From positions 1 through 61,389 of the forward strand of contig CAZWUN010000002.1 of the NCBI GenBank assembly GCA_964637145.1: a stretch of 61,389 nucleotides of DNA, written 5' to 3'. This DNA is from an uncultured Burkholderiales bacterium (lineage in GTDB: Bacteria; Vulcanimicrobiota; Xenobia; Xenobiales; QWHO01). Below are positions 42,564-50,724 of the stretch, piece by piece. Under the pieces are notes generated by a model. That model saw only the letters and a list, made by a program, of their open reading frames with translations, was not told the DNA's origin and ran no database searches. Each line of letters opens with the position of its first letter. Positions within the stretch are counted from its first letter, which is position 1. Both the position numbers and the translations under genes were made by a program.

Positions 42564-45500
42564 GGGGGCGAACTTCGCAGGAACGATCCCGGTTGCCTGC
42601 GGGAGGTTGCACTTGCTCCTCGTGATCCTCATTCTGATCGGCTGGCTGGCTCTGCCGGGGATGGCCGAGCCTCCCACCCTGATTTTGCAGGATGGGCACA
42701 CCGACAGGCTGGCCTGCCTGACCTTCGACCCTGCGGGACGCTGGCTGGCCACCGGCTCGGTGGACCAGACCGTCAAGCTGTGGGATCTCGAGGCCGACAA
42801 GCTGCACTGCACCATCCACCTCGAGGACGCTCCCCTGGCGCTGGCCTTCAATTCAGGTGGGCAGCTGGCCGTGGGCACCCGGAAGGGCGTGACCCTTTAT
42901 GACAGCAGCAACGGTCTGGCCCTTAGCCCTGGCCCGGCAGCGGCTCTGCGCAACCCCGCGGCTCTGGCCTTCCTGAACTCCGACCTGGTGTTGGGCATTT
43001 CCGAGGACGCAACCGGGCCTCGGGCCAACGTGGCCGACCTCAAGCGGGAAGGGCGAATCGGTCTGGGCTGGCCGCTGCCGAGCATCACGCCGCAGGCGAG
43101 GCTGGCGCCAGCCGGGCTGGCCCTCAGCCCGGACGGCAGGTATCTGGCCATCGCTTATGTCGAGCTGGCCCCTCGCGAGCTCAAAGCCACCGACCGCTTC
43201 GTGGCGGTCTGGGACGTCTCGGCCTTCGGTCGATTCTCGGGCCCGCTGGTGGGGGACGACTTCCAGGCCCGGCCGGAAGTGCTTTCCCTGTTGGGAGACG
43301 GCCGGCCTCTGGCCCGCATGGCCCTGACCCCGAGGCCAGGGATCGACCCCAGCTTCGACCTGCGGCTCAGCCTGGCATTCAGCCCCGACAGCCGCAGGCT
43401 GGCCGTGGCCGATCTGAACGAGGTGGCCCTCTTCGACCCCGCCAACGGCAGCAAGCTGGCTTCGGCTCCCGGTGCCTGGCGGCGGATCGCCTGGGGCAAG
43501 GCGGGTATTCTGGCCACGAACTTCCTCAACACCAGCAGTCAGCCCAGGCTGGCCTGGCTGGGGAGCGATTTGAAGGGGCAGGTGCTTGTCGCCGAGCGCC
43601 CTCCCTATGAAGGCGAAGAGCTGGCTCTGGCAGCCCTGCAAGGAACGGAAGGGAATATGGCCGACACCTTCGGCTACAGCGCTGTGGCAGCCAGTCTCAA
43701 GACCACTCTGTTCGCGGCCTGTCAGGGAGAGCAGTGCGAGCTCTGGGAGGGGGCGCAGCTGACCAGAAAACTGACCGGCAGGTCCCTTTGTCTGAGCGCC
43801 CTGGCTCTCAGTCCCGACCGCCGCCTGCTGGCGGTGGGAGGCTACGGTGCCGTGGTCGTCTGGGACCTGGAGCGGGGCAAGCCGGTCTACCGCTTCGGCC
43901 AGTTGGGAGGCCTGGAGGTGCTCAGCCTGGCCTTCTCGGCCGACGGCCGGATGCTGGCGGCCGGAGAGTTCACCAAGATTGGGGCCGCGCGGCTCAGAGT
44001 GTGGGAGTTGTCGGGCCAGATCCTGGTGCTGGAGCAGTCGAAAGCCGCTCCGCCCGCCTTCACCCGGCAGGCCGATGGGAGCATCAACGGGCGCCGAACC
44101 GATACCGGCTATCTCAGCCTGGCTTTCAGTCCCGATGGCCGCTGGCTGGGGGTGGGCGAGATCGGCGGAAGCCTGTCGCTGGTTGCTCTGCCGGGGGGTC
44201 AGACGCGGCTGCTGAAAGGGGAGCAGGAGGACACCTGGCGGGGCGCAGTGGGGAGCCTGGCCTTCTCGCCCGACGGGCGGCGTCTGGTGTCTTCCACCAA
44301 CGGTGGGGAAGTGGTCGAGTGGGAGATCCCCTCGGGCAAGGCGCGCACCCTGATGCCCCAGACCGACCGTTTCGGCCGGAGCAGTCTGGCCTTTGCCCGA
44401 GATGGCACGCTGGTGACCAAGACTCGCAAGCAGGGGCTGGTCGTCTGGAAGCCCGGGGCGGCCCCCAGAGTGGTGGACCCGGAAGACAACCCCGCCGTGC
44501 TTTGCTCGGTCGACTCCGGTACCGCTCTACTGGCTGGCGAGCAGGTGACCGAGCAGCGGGATCTGTCCACCGGCAAGAGGCTCTTCTCGCTCAAACTGCC
44601 CTACCCGACGGCGCGCGCCTTCCTGCGCGAGGGGGTTCTCATCGCTCCGGACTCGCAATCCTCGGTGGGCTTCTGGAAGGCGCCCGAAGGAAAGCTGCTG
44701 GCCTCGGCCATCATGCTCGACGAGGGGGGGCAGTGGCTGGTGGCGGCTCCGGACGGCTTGTTCGACGGCTCCTCCGAGGCCTTCAAGCAGATCCAGTGGC
44801 GGCTCGGCGGCCAGCTCTACGCCCTGGACCAGTTCTACAACGACTTCTTCGCGCCGGGACTTTTGACCAGGCTGCTCCAGCCCGGGCCGGCTCCCCAGCC
44901 CGCCCAGGCCCTGAGCAGCCTGAAGGTGGCCCCTCCCGAGCTGACCATCCTCAAGCCCCAGGCCGGCGATTCGGTGAATGAGGCCAGCCTGACCGTGGAG
45001 GTCAAGCTCGAGGATCGAGGCGGGGGAGTCTCGCTCGTGCGTCTTTTCCAGAACGGCCATCGCGTGCCGGACGAGCGCATCCAGGTAGAGGGCGGTGTGG
45101 CCCGGGCCCGGGTCGACCTCGAGGGCGGCGTGAACACTCTGCGGGCCACGGCCTTCGATCGGGAGGGCAAGGTGGAGAGCCGGGGGGATACGGTGCGAGT
45201 CACGTGCCTCGCCCAGGGCGCAAAGCCCCGGCTGCACGTGCTGTCCGTGGGGGTCAGCCGCTACCAGGACAGCCAGCTCAACCTGAGGTCGGGCCGCGCG
45301 GACGCCGAGTCCATCGCGCAAGCCTTCAAGCCGGGGAGCCTGTTCGAAGAAGTGAAGGTGACCTTGCTGGTGGATGACCAGGCCAGCGTGGCCGGAGTTC
45401 GCAAGGCCCTGCAGGATCTGAAGGCGGGAGCCGCCCCCCAGGACACGCTGCTGGTCTTCCTGGCCGGCCACGGCCAGGTGCTGGGGCAGACCTTCTACTT

Positions 45501-45987
45501 CGTGCCTCACGAGGGGAAGGTGGCCACTCCCGAGCAGATCCAGGCCAGTTGCCTCTCTTCGGTCGAGCTGGCCGAGGCTCTGACCCGGGTGGCCGCCACG
45601 CGCCAGTTCGTGGTGCTCGACTGCTGCCACTCGGGGGCGGCGGCCACCAGCATGAACCAGGCTCTCTCCGCCGGACTGGTGCGAGCCCAGCAGGATCTGG
45701 CCCGCCAGAGCGGGGTATTCCTGGTGGCGGCGGCATCGACCGATCAGGCGGCGCTGGAGGCCGGAAAGCTCGAGCACGGCTTGCTGACCTACTCGGTGCT
45801 GAGCGGCCTGGGCGACGACAAGCCCCCCGGAGCGCCGGTGAACTCTCGCGGCCTGGTGACCGTGAACGGATTGCTCTTGTTCGTGTCGGGCGAGGTGCCC
45901 CGGCTGGCCGAGGAGTACTTCGGCCAGCCACAGGATGTGGTGCAATACAGCAGCGGGCAGGATTTCCCCCTGCGCCGCGTGCGCTAA
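42562..45987 (+). CDS. WD40-repeat protein with C-terminal caspase-like (peptidase C14) domain
   Basis: The N-terminus has a hydrophobic segment. Many WD40 units follow (GHTDRLACLTFDPAGRWLATGSVDQTVKLWD, ...). The C-terminal domain has HVLSVGVSRY, FLAGHG (His) and LDCCHSG (Cys). The start is uncertain (ATG 42562 or TTG 42613). Confidence 0.85.
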   Translation: MGANFAGTIPVACGRLHLLLVILILIGWLALPGMAEPPTLILQDGHTDRLACLTFDPAGRWLATGSVDQTVKLWDLEADKLHCTIHLEDAPLALAFNSGGQLAVGTRKGVTLYDSSNGLALSPGPAAALRNPAALAFLNSDLVLGISEDATGPRANVADLKREGRIGLGWPLPSITPQARLAPAGLALSPDGRYLAIAYVELAPRELKATDRFVAVWDVSAFGRFSGPLVGDDFQARPEVLSLLGDGRPLARMALTPRPGIDPSFDLRLSLAFSPDSRRLAVADLNEVALFDPANGSKLASAPGAWRRIAWGKAGILATNFLNTSSQPRLAWLGSDLKGQVLVAERPPYEGEELALAALQGTEGNMADTFGYSAVAASLKTTLFAACQGEQCELWEGAQLTRKLTGRSLCLSALALSPDRRLLAVGGYGAVVVWDLERGKPVYRFGQLGGLEVLSLAFSADGRMLAAGEFTKIGAARLRVWELSGQILVLEQSKAAPPAFTRQADGSINGRRTDTGYLSLAFSPDGRWLGVGEIGGSLSLVALPGGQTRLLKGEQEDTWRGAVGSLAFSPDGRRLVSSTNGGEVVEWEIPSGKARTLMPQTDRFGRSSLAFARDGTLVTKTRKQGLVVWKPGAAPRVVDPEDNPAVLCSVDSGTALLAGEQVTEQRDLSTGKRLFSLKLPYPTARAFLREGVLIAPDSQSSVGFWKAPEGKLLASAIMLDEGGQWLVAAPDGLFDGSSEAFKQIQWRLGGQLYALDQFYNDFFAPGLLTRLLQPGPAPQPAQALSSLKVAPPELTILKPQAGDSVNEASLTVEVKLEDRGGGVSLVRLFQNGHRVPDERIQVEGGVARARVDLEGGVNTLRATAFDREGKVESRGDTVRVTCLAQGAKPRLHVLSVGVSRYQDSQLNLRSGRADAESIAQAFKPGSLFEEVKVTLLVDDQASVAGVRKALQDLKAGAAPQDTLLVFLAGHGQVLGQTFYFVPHEGKVATPEQIQASCLSSVELAEALTRVAATRQFVVLDCCHSGAAATSMNQALSAGLVRAQQDLARQSGVFLVAAASTDQAALEAGKLEHGLLTYSVLSGLGDDKPPGAPVNSRGLVTVNGLLLFVSGEVPRLAEEYFGQPQDVVQYSSGQDFPLRRVR

Positions 45988-45998
45988 GGAGGCTCACG

Positions 45999-46424
45999 AT
46001 GCAAGTCCCGGTGGAAACGGTTCGGGTCCCCCTCAAGGCCGTGCCGATGTTCTCGGCCCTCAGCCTGGAGCAGCTGACCGAGGTGGCTCAGCACTCCAAG
46101 ATCAAGAAGCTTCATGCGGGAGAGCGCCTGCTCACCCAGGGCGAGACCGGCTCGGAGTTCTACGTGGTGCTGGCCGGCTCGCTCAGCCTGACGGTGGACG
46201 GCAAGGCTCTCTCCACTCTCAATCCGGGCGACCACCTGGGCGAGATGGCCCTGCTCGAGGACATCCCCCGCCAGGCCACCGCCGACGCGCTCGAGCCCTG
46301 CGAGCTGTTGACCCTGGACCGCCCGGCGCTGCTCGCGCTCCTCAAGAGCTCGGACTTCTCGCTGGGCCTGTTGCGCGGCATGGCCCGGCGCCTGCGCGAG
46401 TTCGGCGAGAAGGCGGCCCGCTGA
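45999..46424 (+). CDS. stand-alone cyclic-nucleotide-binding domain protein (141 aa)
   Basis: AAGGAGG lies 6 nt before the ATG at 45999. CNB pattern: F..L....L.......K...AGE.L..QGE.G..FYVVL.G...L...G, then GDHLGEMALL...PRQATADA. Confidence 0.85.
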   Translation: MQVPVETVRVPLKAVPMFSALSLEQLTEVAQHSKIKKLHAGERLLTQGETGSEFYVVLAGSLSLTVDGKALSTLNPGDHLGEMALLEDIPRQATADALEPCELLTLDRPALLALLKSSDFSLGLLRGMARRLREFGEKAAR

Positions 46425-46428
46425 CGCT

Positions 46429-47322
46429 TTGGGCTGCCTGACCAAGAAGCTGGTCTCGCTCGACCTGATCAAGCCCCCTCGGTTCGTGGCCGAGAACGTC
46501 CACTACGAGACGCTGATGGGCAGCCAGGCCTACGGTGTCTCCAGCGACAGCTCCGACTGCGATGTCTACGGGTTCTGCATTCCCCCACGGGACGTGGTCT
46601 TTCCCCACCTGGCCGGGGTGGTGCCGGGCTGGGATCAGAACGTGCCCACCTTCAACGACTTCCAGCAGCACCACATCGACCTGCCCGGCGAGCGCAAGTC
46701 GTACGACCTCACCATCTACTCCATCGTGCGCTACTTCCGCCTGTGCGCCGATGGCAACCCCAACATGGTGGACAGCCTGTTCACGCCCGCTCACTGCATC
46801 CTGTTCATGACCCCGGTGGGCCAGCGGGTGCGCGAGCAGCGCAAGCTGTTTCTGAGCAAGAAGTGCTGGCACACTTTCAAAGGCTACGCCTTTGCCCAGC
46901 TGTCCAAGATTCGCACCCGCACCGATCCCAAGAGCGAGGCGCGCAAGAAGACGATTCAAGACCACGGCTACGACGTGAAGTATGCCTACCACCTGGTACG
47001 CCTGCTCAACGAGGTGGAGCAGATTCTGCTCGAGGGCGACCTCGACTTGCTGCGCGGCAACGACCAGCTCAAGGCCATCCGCAAGGGAGACTGGCCCCTG
47101 GAGGCGGTCTTCGCCCACTTTGACGAGCGCATCAAGACGCTGGAGAAGATCTATCCCGACTCCACCGCCGTGCCTCACAGCCCGCCCGAAGAGGCGCTCA
47201 AGGAGCTCTTGCTCGAGTGCCTCGAGCATCACTATGGCTCACTGGCGAAAGTGGTGGAGCGGCCCAACCGGGAGAAGGTCATGCTGGAGAAGATCCGCCA
47301 GGTGCTCGACGGGGAGCTTTAA
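46429..47322 (+). CDS. predicted nucleotidyltransferase (pol-beta fold, RlaP/PF10127-like)
   Basis: GSQAYGVSSDSSDCDVYG matches the GS..YG...SD.D NTase motif. The family assignment is from memory. The TTG start at 46429 is uncertain. Confidence 0.7.
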   Translation: MGCLTKKLVSLDLIKPPRFVAENVHYETLMGSQAYGVSSDSSDCDVYGFCIPPRDVVFPHLAGVVPGWDQNVPTFNDFQQHHIDLPGERKSYDLTIYSIVRYFRLCADGNPNMVDSLFTPAHCILFMTPVGQRVREQRKLFLSKKCWHTFKGYAFAQLSKIRTRTDPKSEARKKTIQDHGYDVKYAYHLVRLLNEVEQILLEGDLDLLRGNDQLKAIRKGDWPLEAVFAHFDERIKTLEKIYPDSTAVPHSPPEEALKELLLECLEHHYGSLAKVVERPNREKVMLEKIRQVLDGEL

Positions 47323-47323
47323 A

Positions 47324-47358
47324 GGCGCCCCCGAAGGACAGGCAAAACCGTCAACACT
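47324..47358. repeat. copy 1 of a 35-37 nt intergenic motif
   Basis: GGCGCCCCCGAAGGACAGGCAAAACCGTCAACACT matches 50688..50724 at 32 of 35 aligned positions, with a 2-nt indel. Confidence 0.6.
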
Positions 47359-47372
47359 GAAAGCTTAACACA

Positions 47373-47525
47373 TCAGGCTCTGGTTTTGAGGGCCACGCCC
47401 CCGACCAGGAGCTTCTGGGCGACGGTCGCAATGGCGCCCCCCAGCGGCCCGTTCACCAGCCTGGCGACCTGGTTGCTGGCGGCCTGGTGGCCGTCAGCAA
47501 CCAGGTCGCTCAGCGGCACGGCTAC
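47373..47525 (-). other. 50-codon in-frame extension downstream of TAG, ending LLVGGVALKTRA
   Basis: Hand translation gives VAVPLSDLVADGHQAASNQVARLVNGPLGGAIATVAQKLLVGGVALKTRA*. 44 of 50 codons end in G or C. It is in frame with 47526..47927. Confidence 0.55.
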
Positions 47526-47927
47526 CTAGATCTGTCCGGTGGCGCTCTTCAAAGTGGCCCGCTCGCTGACGATGCGGACGACCGTGGCCGGCTCGGAGAA
47601 GAACGGATCCTTGCCCAGGTCGGAGGTCTCGGTGGGGACCACCCTTTGCTCCTTGAGCCTGTGCACGGGGAGGGTGGGGGGAAACAGGCTGTCGGCCACC
47701 CGCTCGGCAACCTTCTCGGCCATCTGCGAACAGACCACGAAGACCTGACCCTCCTGGTTGACCAGCCGGAGCATCTCGCGCCCGTTGACTGTCTCGACGC
47801 GCTCGACCTGACAGACTCCGGGCCCGTCGGTGACCGAGCGCACGCGATCAAGCTCACTGGACGGCACGGACCTCGAGGTCAGGTCGAGCGTGACCTGGTC
47901 TCGGGTTGGCCCCTGGGGAGCAGTCAT
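47526..47927 (-). CDS. hypothetical protein (133 aa up to an in-frame TAG)
   Basis: Strong GC3 bias. I recognise no domain. The frame continues after the TAG (see 47373..47525). Confidence 0.6.
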   Translation of the reverse strand: MTAPQGPTRDQVTLDLTSRSVPSSELDRVRSVTDGPGVCQVERVETVNGREMLRLVNQEGQVFVVCSQMAEKVAERVADSLFPPTLPVHRLKEQRVVPTETSDLGKDPFFSEPATVVRIVSERATLKSATGQI

Positions 47928-47961
47928 AGGAGCCCGGTACTCGGGCGCCGAAAACTTCTCG

Positions 47962-48459
47962 ATGGCTCGTTCTAAGAAAGGCCTGGGCGGATTTCGTCCC
48001 GAGAGCTTTGCTCCCCGCGAGCGCCGTTCCGAGGAGCCACCGCCACCGCCTCCGCCCTCGCGTTCCGTCGACCCGGCCCTGATCGGCGCCGCCGCCCGGG
48101 TGATCGGCTGGGGCGTGGGCCAGTGGAAAGAGTCCGCTCGGCAGGCCCGTGAGCTCGAGACCGAGTTGTTGCGTATGGCTCAAGATCGTCTGGGGATTTT
48201 GACCGTCAATGATGCCGTGCGTGAGCTCGGGGCGGCCCGAGCCGCCATCGAGAAGCAGCTCGCCGCGCTGACTCATCGGGGTTGCTGTCGTCACGGGATC
48301 TCGCGCAATGGTCAGGAGATCTTCGTCTTCGATGAGTTCCTTCCGAGGCTTTACGCCTGCCACCATTGCGACGGCGAATGGGCCGAGGAGCGGCCCAGTT
48401 GCCCCGGGTGCGGCGCTCCGCTCCACGAGCGGGTGTGCGCTCCTCCTCTGAGAAATTAG
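47962..48459 (+). CDS. hypothetical protein with C-terminal zinc ribbon
   Basis: ATG at 47962 inside ORF 47830... It has a Pro-rich linker and then CHHC...CPGC. Confidence 0.6.
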   Translation: MARSKKGLGGFRPESFAPRERRSEEPPPPPPPSRSVDPALIGAAARVIGWGVGQWKESARQARELETELLRMAQDRLGILTVNDAVRELGAARAAIEKQLAALTHRGCCRHGISRNGQEIFVFDEFLPRLYACHHCDGEWAEERPSCPGCGAPLHERVCAPPLRN

Positions 48460-48464
48460 TCTGT

Positions 48465-49472
48465 TTAAGGGAGTTTCAGCAAGCGACGACGCATGGTAGG
48501 GGAGAGCTGGTGGCGGGCGTACAGGGCATCCAGCTCGGCCTCGCTGATCCCGCCCGGGTGATCGAGAACGAAGCTCCAGCGCCCGTTCACGCGTTCCCAG
48601 ATGGCCCAGCGGCCCTGCTGCTGGGTGCTGCCAAAGTAGAGGTCGCGGTAGGGCACCCAGGCCGCCCAGGTAACTTTGGCGCCGTATTGCTCCTGAGAGG
48701 CCTGACGCAACTCCTGCCCTAACTGCCGGGGGGCATAGATATAGCCAACGTAGAGGCGCCCGTCGTCGTAGATGCGAAGGTTTTCCACCTCGCCTGCTCC
48801 GGCCCACTTCCACAACACTTTGCCGCTGGCCGGGTCGATGCGGGCCAGTCCCCCCTCCAGGTCGGCGAAGACGCATCCACGCTGGTAGAAAGCTCCCCAG
48901 GGGTAGCGGCAGTGCGCGAAGTGCCAGGTCGCCTTCCAGAGCGTGGATCCGTCGGCCCACTTCATGCAGGTCACGCCTTCGGCGCTGTCTGTGAAGAGGT
49001 AAGGCCCGGCCACGGTGAGGCGGGGTTTGTGAGCGGCCAGGCTGCGCCCGCTCGAGTGAAACTCGGTGCGCACCAGGGGGTGAAAGTGGTCATTGCGGAT
49101 CAGGCCAAACATGCCTGGCCCCTCGTATCCCTCGTCTGCTCGGAAAGCAAACTGCGTGCCGTCACTGAGCAGACCTCGCCCGGTCACGGCCTGGCCGATC
49201 TGCCACTTGCCGCCGTAGGGCTTGGTGGCGGCATCCTCGTCCTCGAAGCCGACGATGTAGACCTTCTTTTCATGGCCGCAAAAACGGCGTGAGTAGGGGA
49301 AGTGAGGAGCTTCGACTCCGTCCAGGACCTCTTGCTGCAACTCTTCGTCCAGCCGGTAGTGCCCCAGAACGCGTCCCGATTCAGGGTCGAGCACGGCCAG
49401 AAAGGAAATGCCCGGGTCTTCGGCCCGAGCCAGGCCGAACAGCAGAAGCGCAACCAGGAGGACCCTCCCCAT
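48465..49472 (-). CDS. secreted hypothetical protein, paralog of 24482..25603
   Basis: Signal peptide MGRVLLVALLLFGLARAEDP. An alternative start lies at 49559. Colinear similarity with the 24.5-kb protein. Confidence 0.7.
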   Translation of the reverse strand: MGRVLLVALLLFGLARAEDPGISFLAVLDPESGRVLGHYRLDEELQQEVLDGVEAPHFPYSRRFCGHEKKVYIVGFEDEDAATKPYGGKWQIGQAVTGRGLLSDGTQFAFRADEGYEGPGMFGLIRNDHFHPLVRTEFHSSGRSLAAHKPRLTVAGPYLFTDSAEGVTCMKWADGSTLWKATWHFAHCRYPWGAFYQRGCVFADLEGGLARIDPASGKVLWKWAGAGEVENLRIYDDGRLYVGYIYAPRQLGQELRQASQEQYGAKVTWAAWVPYRDLYFGSTQQQGRWAIWERVNGRWSFVLDHPGGISEAELDALYARHQLSPTMRRRLLKLP

Positions 49473-49689
49473 GAAAGCCTTGTTCAGCACCTGAACCGTG
49501 CTTCCTGGCCGGGTCTGCGCATCCCACCTTCGGAGCCATCCGAGGGTCGATTTGCTCAAAGATGCTCCTTTGGCCGGGTCCCGTTCCCGGGAACCGCGAG
49601 CGTACCCCGCAAGTTCCGTCGAGGCGGTTTCCAGAATCGTTCAGCCCCGTTCCCTACGCTGGTGTCGCAAGCAAGTGATAGGAGCGTCG

Positions 49690-50660
49690 ATGCCAGGACC
49701 TCGCAGCGATTTTGAGCGCGTAGACTATGAGCAGCCCCACTTCATCCGGATGCGAGCGATCCTGGAGGCTCATCCGGAGATCAAGCAACTGTTCGGGCCC
49801 GACAGCCGGATTGCCGCATGGACCGTTGCGCTGGTAGGCGGGCAACTGGCCCTGGGCGCCTGTCTCGAGGGGCGTTCTTTCTGGATGATCCTCGTCACCG
49901 CCTATGTCATCGGCGCCGTGGCCAATCACGCCCTCTGGGTGGTGATCCACGAGTGTGCTCACCGCCTGGTGTTCCGACGTGCCCTGGGCAACCGCCTGCT
50001 CTGCCTGCTGGCCAACTGGCCCCAGGTCGTCCCCGGAGGGATCCCGTTCTGCAAATACCACCTCTTGCACCACGCCTATCAGGGCGAGCAAGACTTCGAC
50101 GGTGACCTGGCGGGCGAGGACGAGGCCCGGTGGGTGGGCAACAGCACGCTCCGCAAAGCTTTGCTGATGCTGCTCTTCTCCTTCGTTCAGGGCACGATTC
50201 GCCCGGCCATCTCAAGCGGGTCCGTCTCTGGGATGGTTGGTTCGTGGCCAATATTCTCAGCCAGCTGTTCTTCCTGAGCGTCTACGCCCCCCTGGCGGGC
50301 TGGGGAGCAGTGCTCTATCTGTTCTTGTCGTTCGTCTTCAGCATTGGCCTGCATCCTCTGGGAGGCCGCTGGATCGCCGAGCACTACCTGCATCACGACC
50401 TGCAGGAGACCTATTCTTACTACGGTCCGCTGAACAAGCTCAGTTTCAACGTGGGCTACCACAACGAGCACCACGACTTCATGCAGGTTCCCTGGTGCCG
50501 ACTTGGGCAGGTGAGGGCCATCGCCCCGGAGTTCTACCAACCGCTCTACGCTCACCCATCCTGGCCCGCCGTGCTGAAGCGCTTCATCTTCAGCCCTCAA
50601 AGCACTCTGTACGATCGGGTGGTGCGAGCCCGGCAACCTTCCGACCGACCGGACCTTTAA
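49690..50660 (+). pseudogene. sphingolipid delta-4 (dihydroceramide) desaturase-like fatty acid desaturase, split by a 1-nt frameshift near 50203-50210
   Basis: ORF 49498..50277 carries the DEGS-type N-terminus DFERVDYEQPHFIRMRAILEAHPEIKQL and His boxes HECAH and HLLHH. ORF 50130..50660, in another frame, carries GLHP, ETYSYYGPLN and HNEHHDF. Confidence 0.8.
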
Positions 50661-50687
50661 AGTGAAGTGCTCGACAGACTTGTATGG

Positions 50688-50724
50688 GGCGCCCCCAAAG
50701 GATAGGCAAAACCTTCAGAACACT
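50688..50724. repeat. copy 2 of a 35-37 nt intergenic motif
   Basis: GGCGCCCCCAAAGGATAGGCAAAACCTTCAGAACACT. Like copy 1, it lies in a convergent intergenic gap just after a plus-strand TAA. Confidence 0.6.

Noticed and set aside
40782-42902. 706-aa plus-strand ORF
   Set aside because: It is antisense to the second CHASE2 cyclase. The composition is G/H/Q/P-rich, and it would also collide with the WD40 gene.
42562-45987. Bacterial gasdermin-protease system, since caspase-like proteases with repeat domains often neighbour gasdermins
   Set aside because: No gasdermin-sized gene with the expected N-terminal features is adjacent. The neighbours are a cyclase and a cNMP-binding protein.
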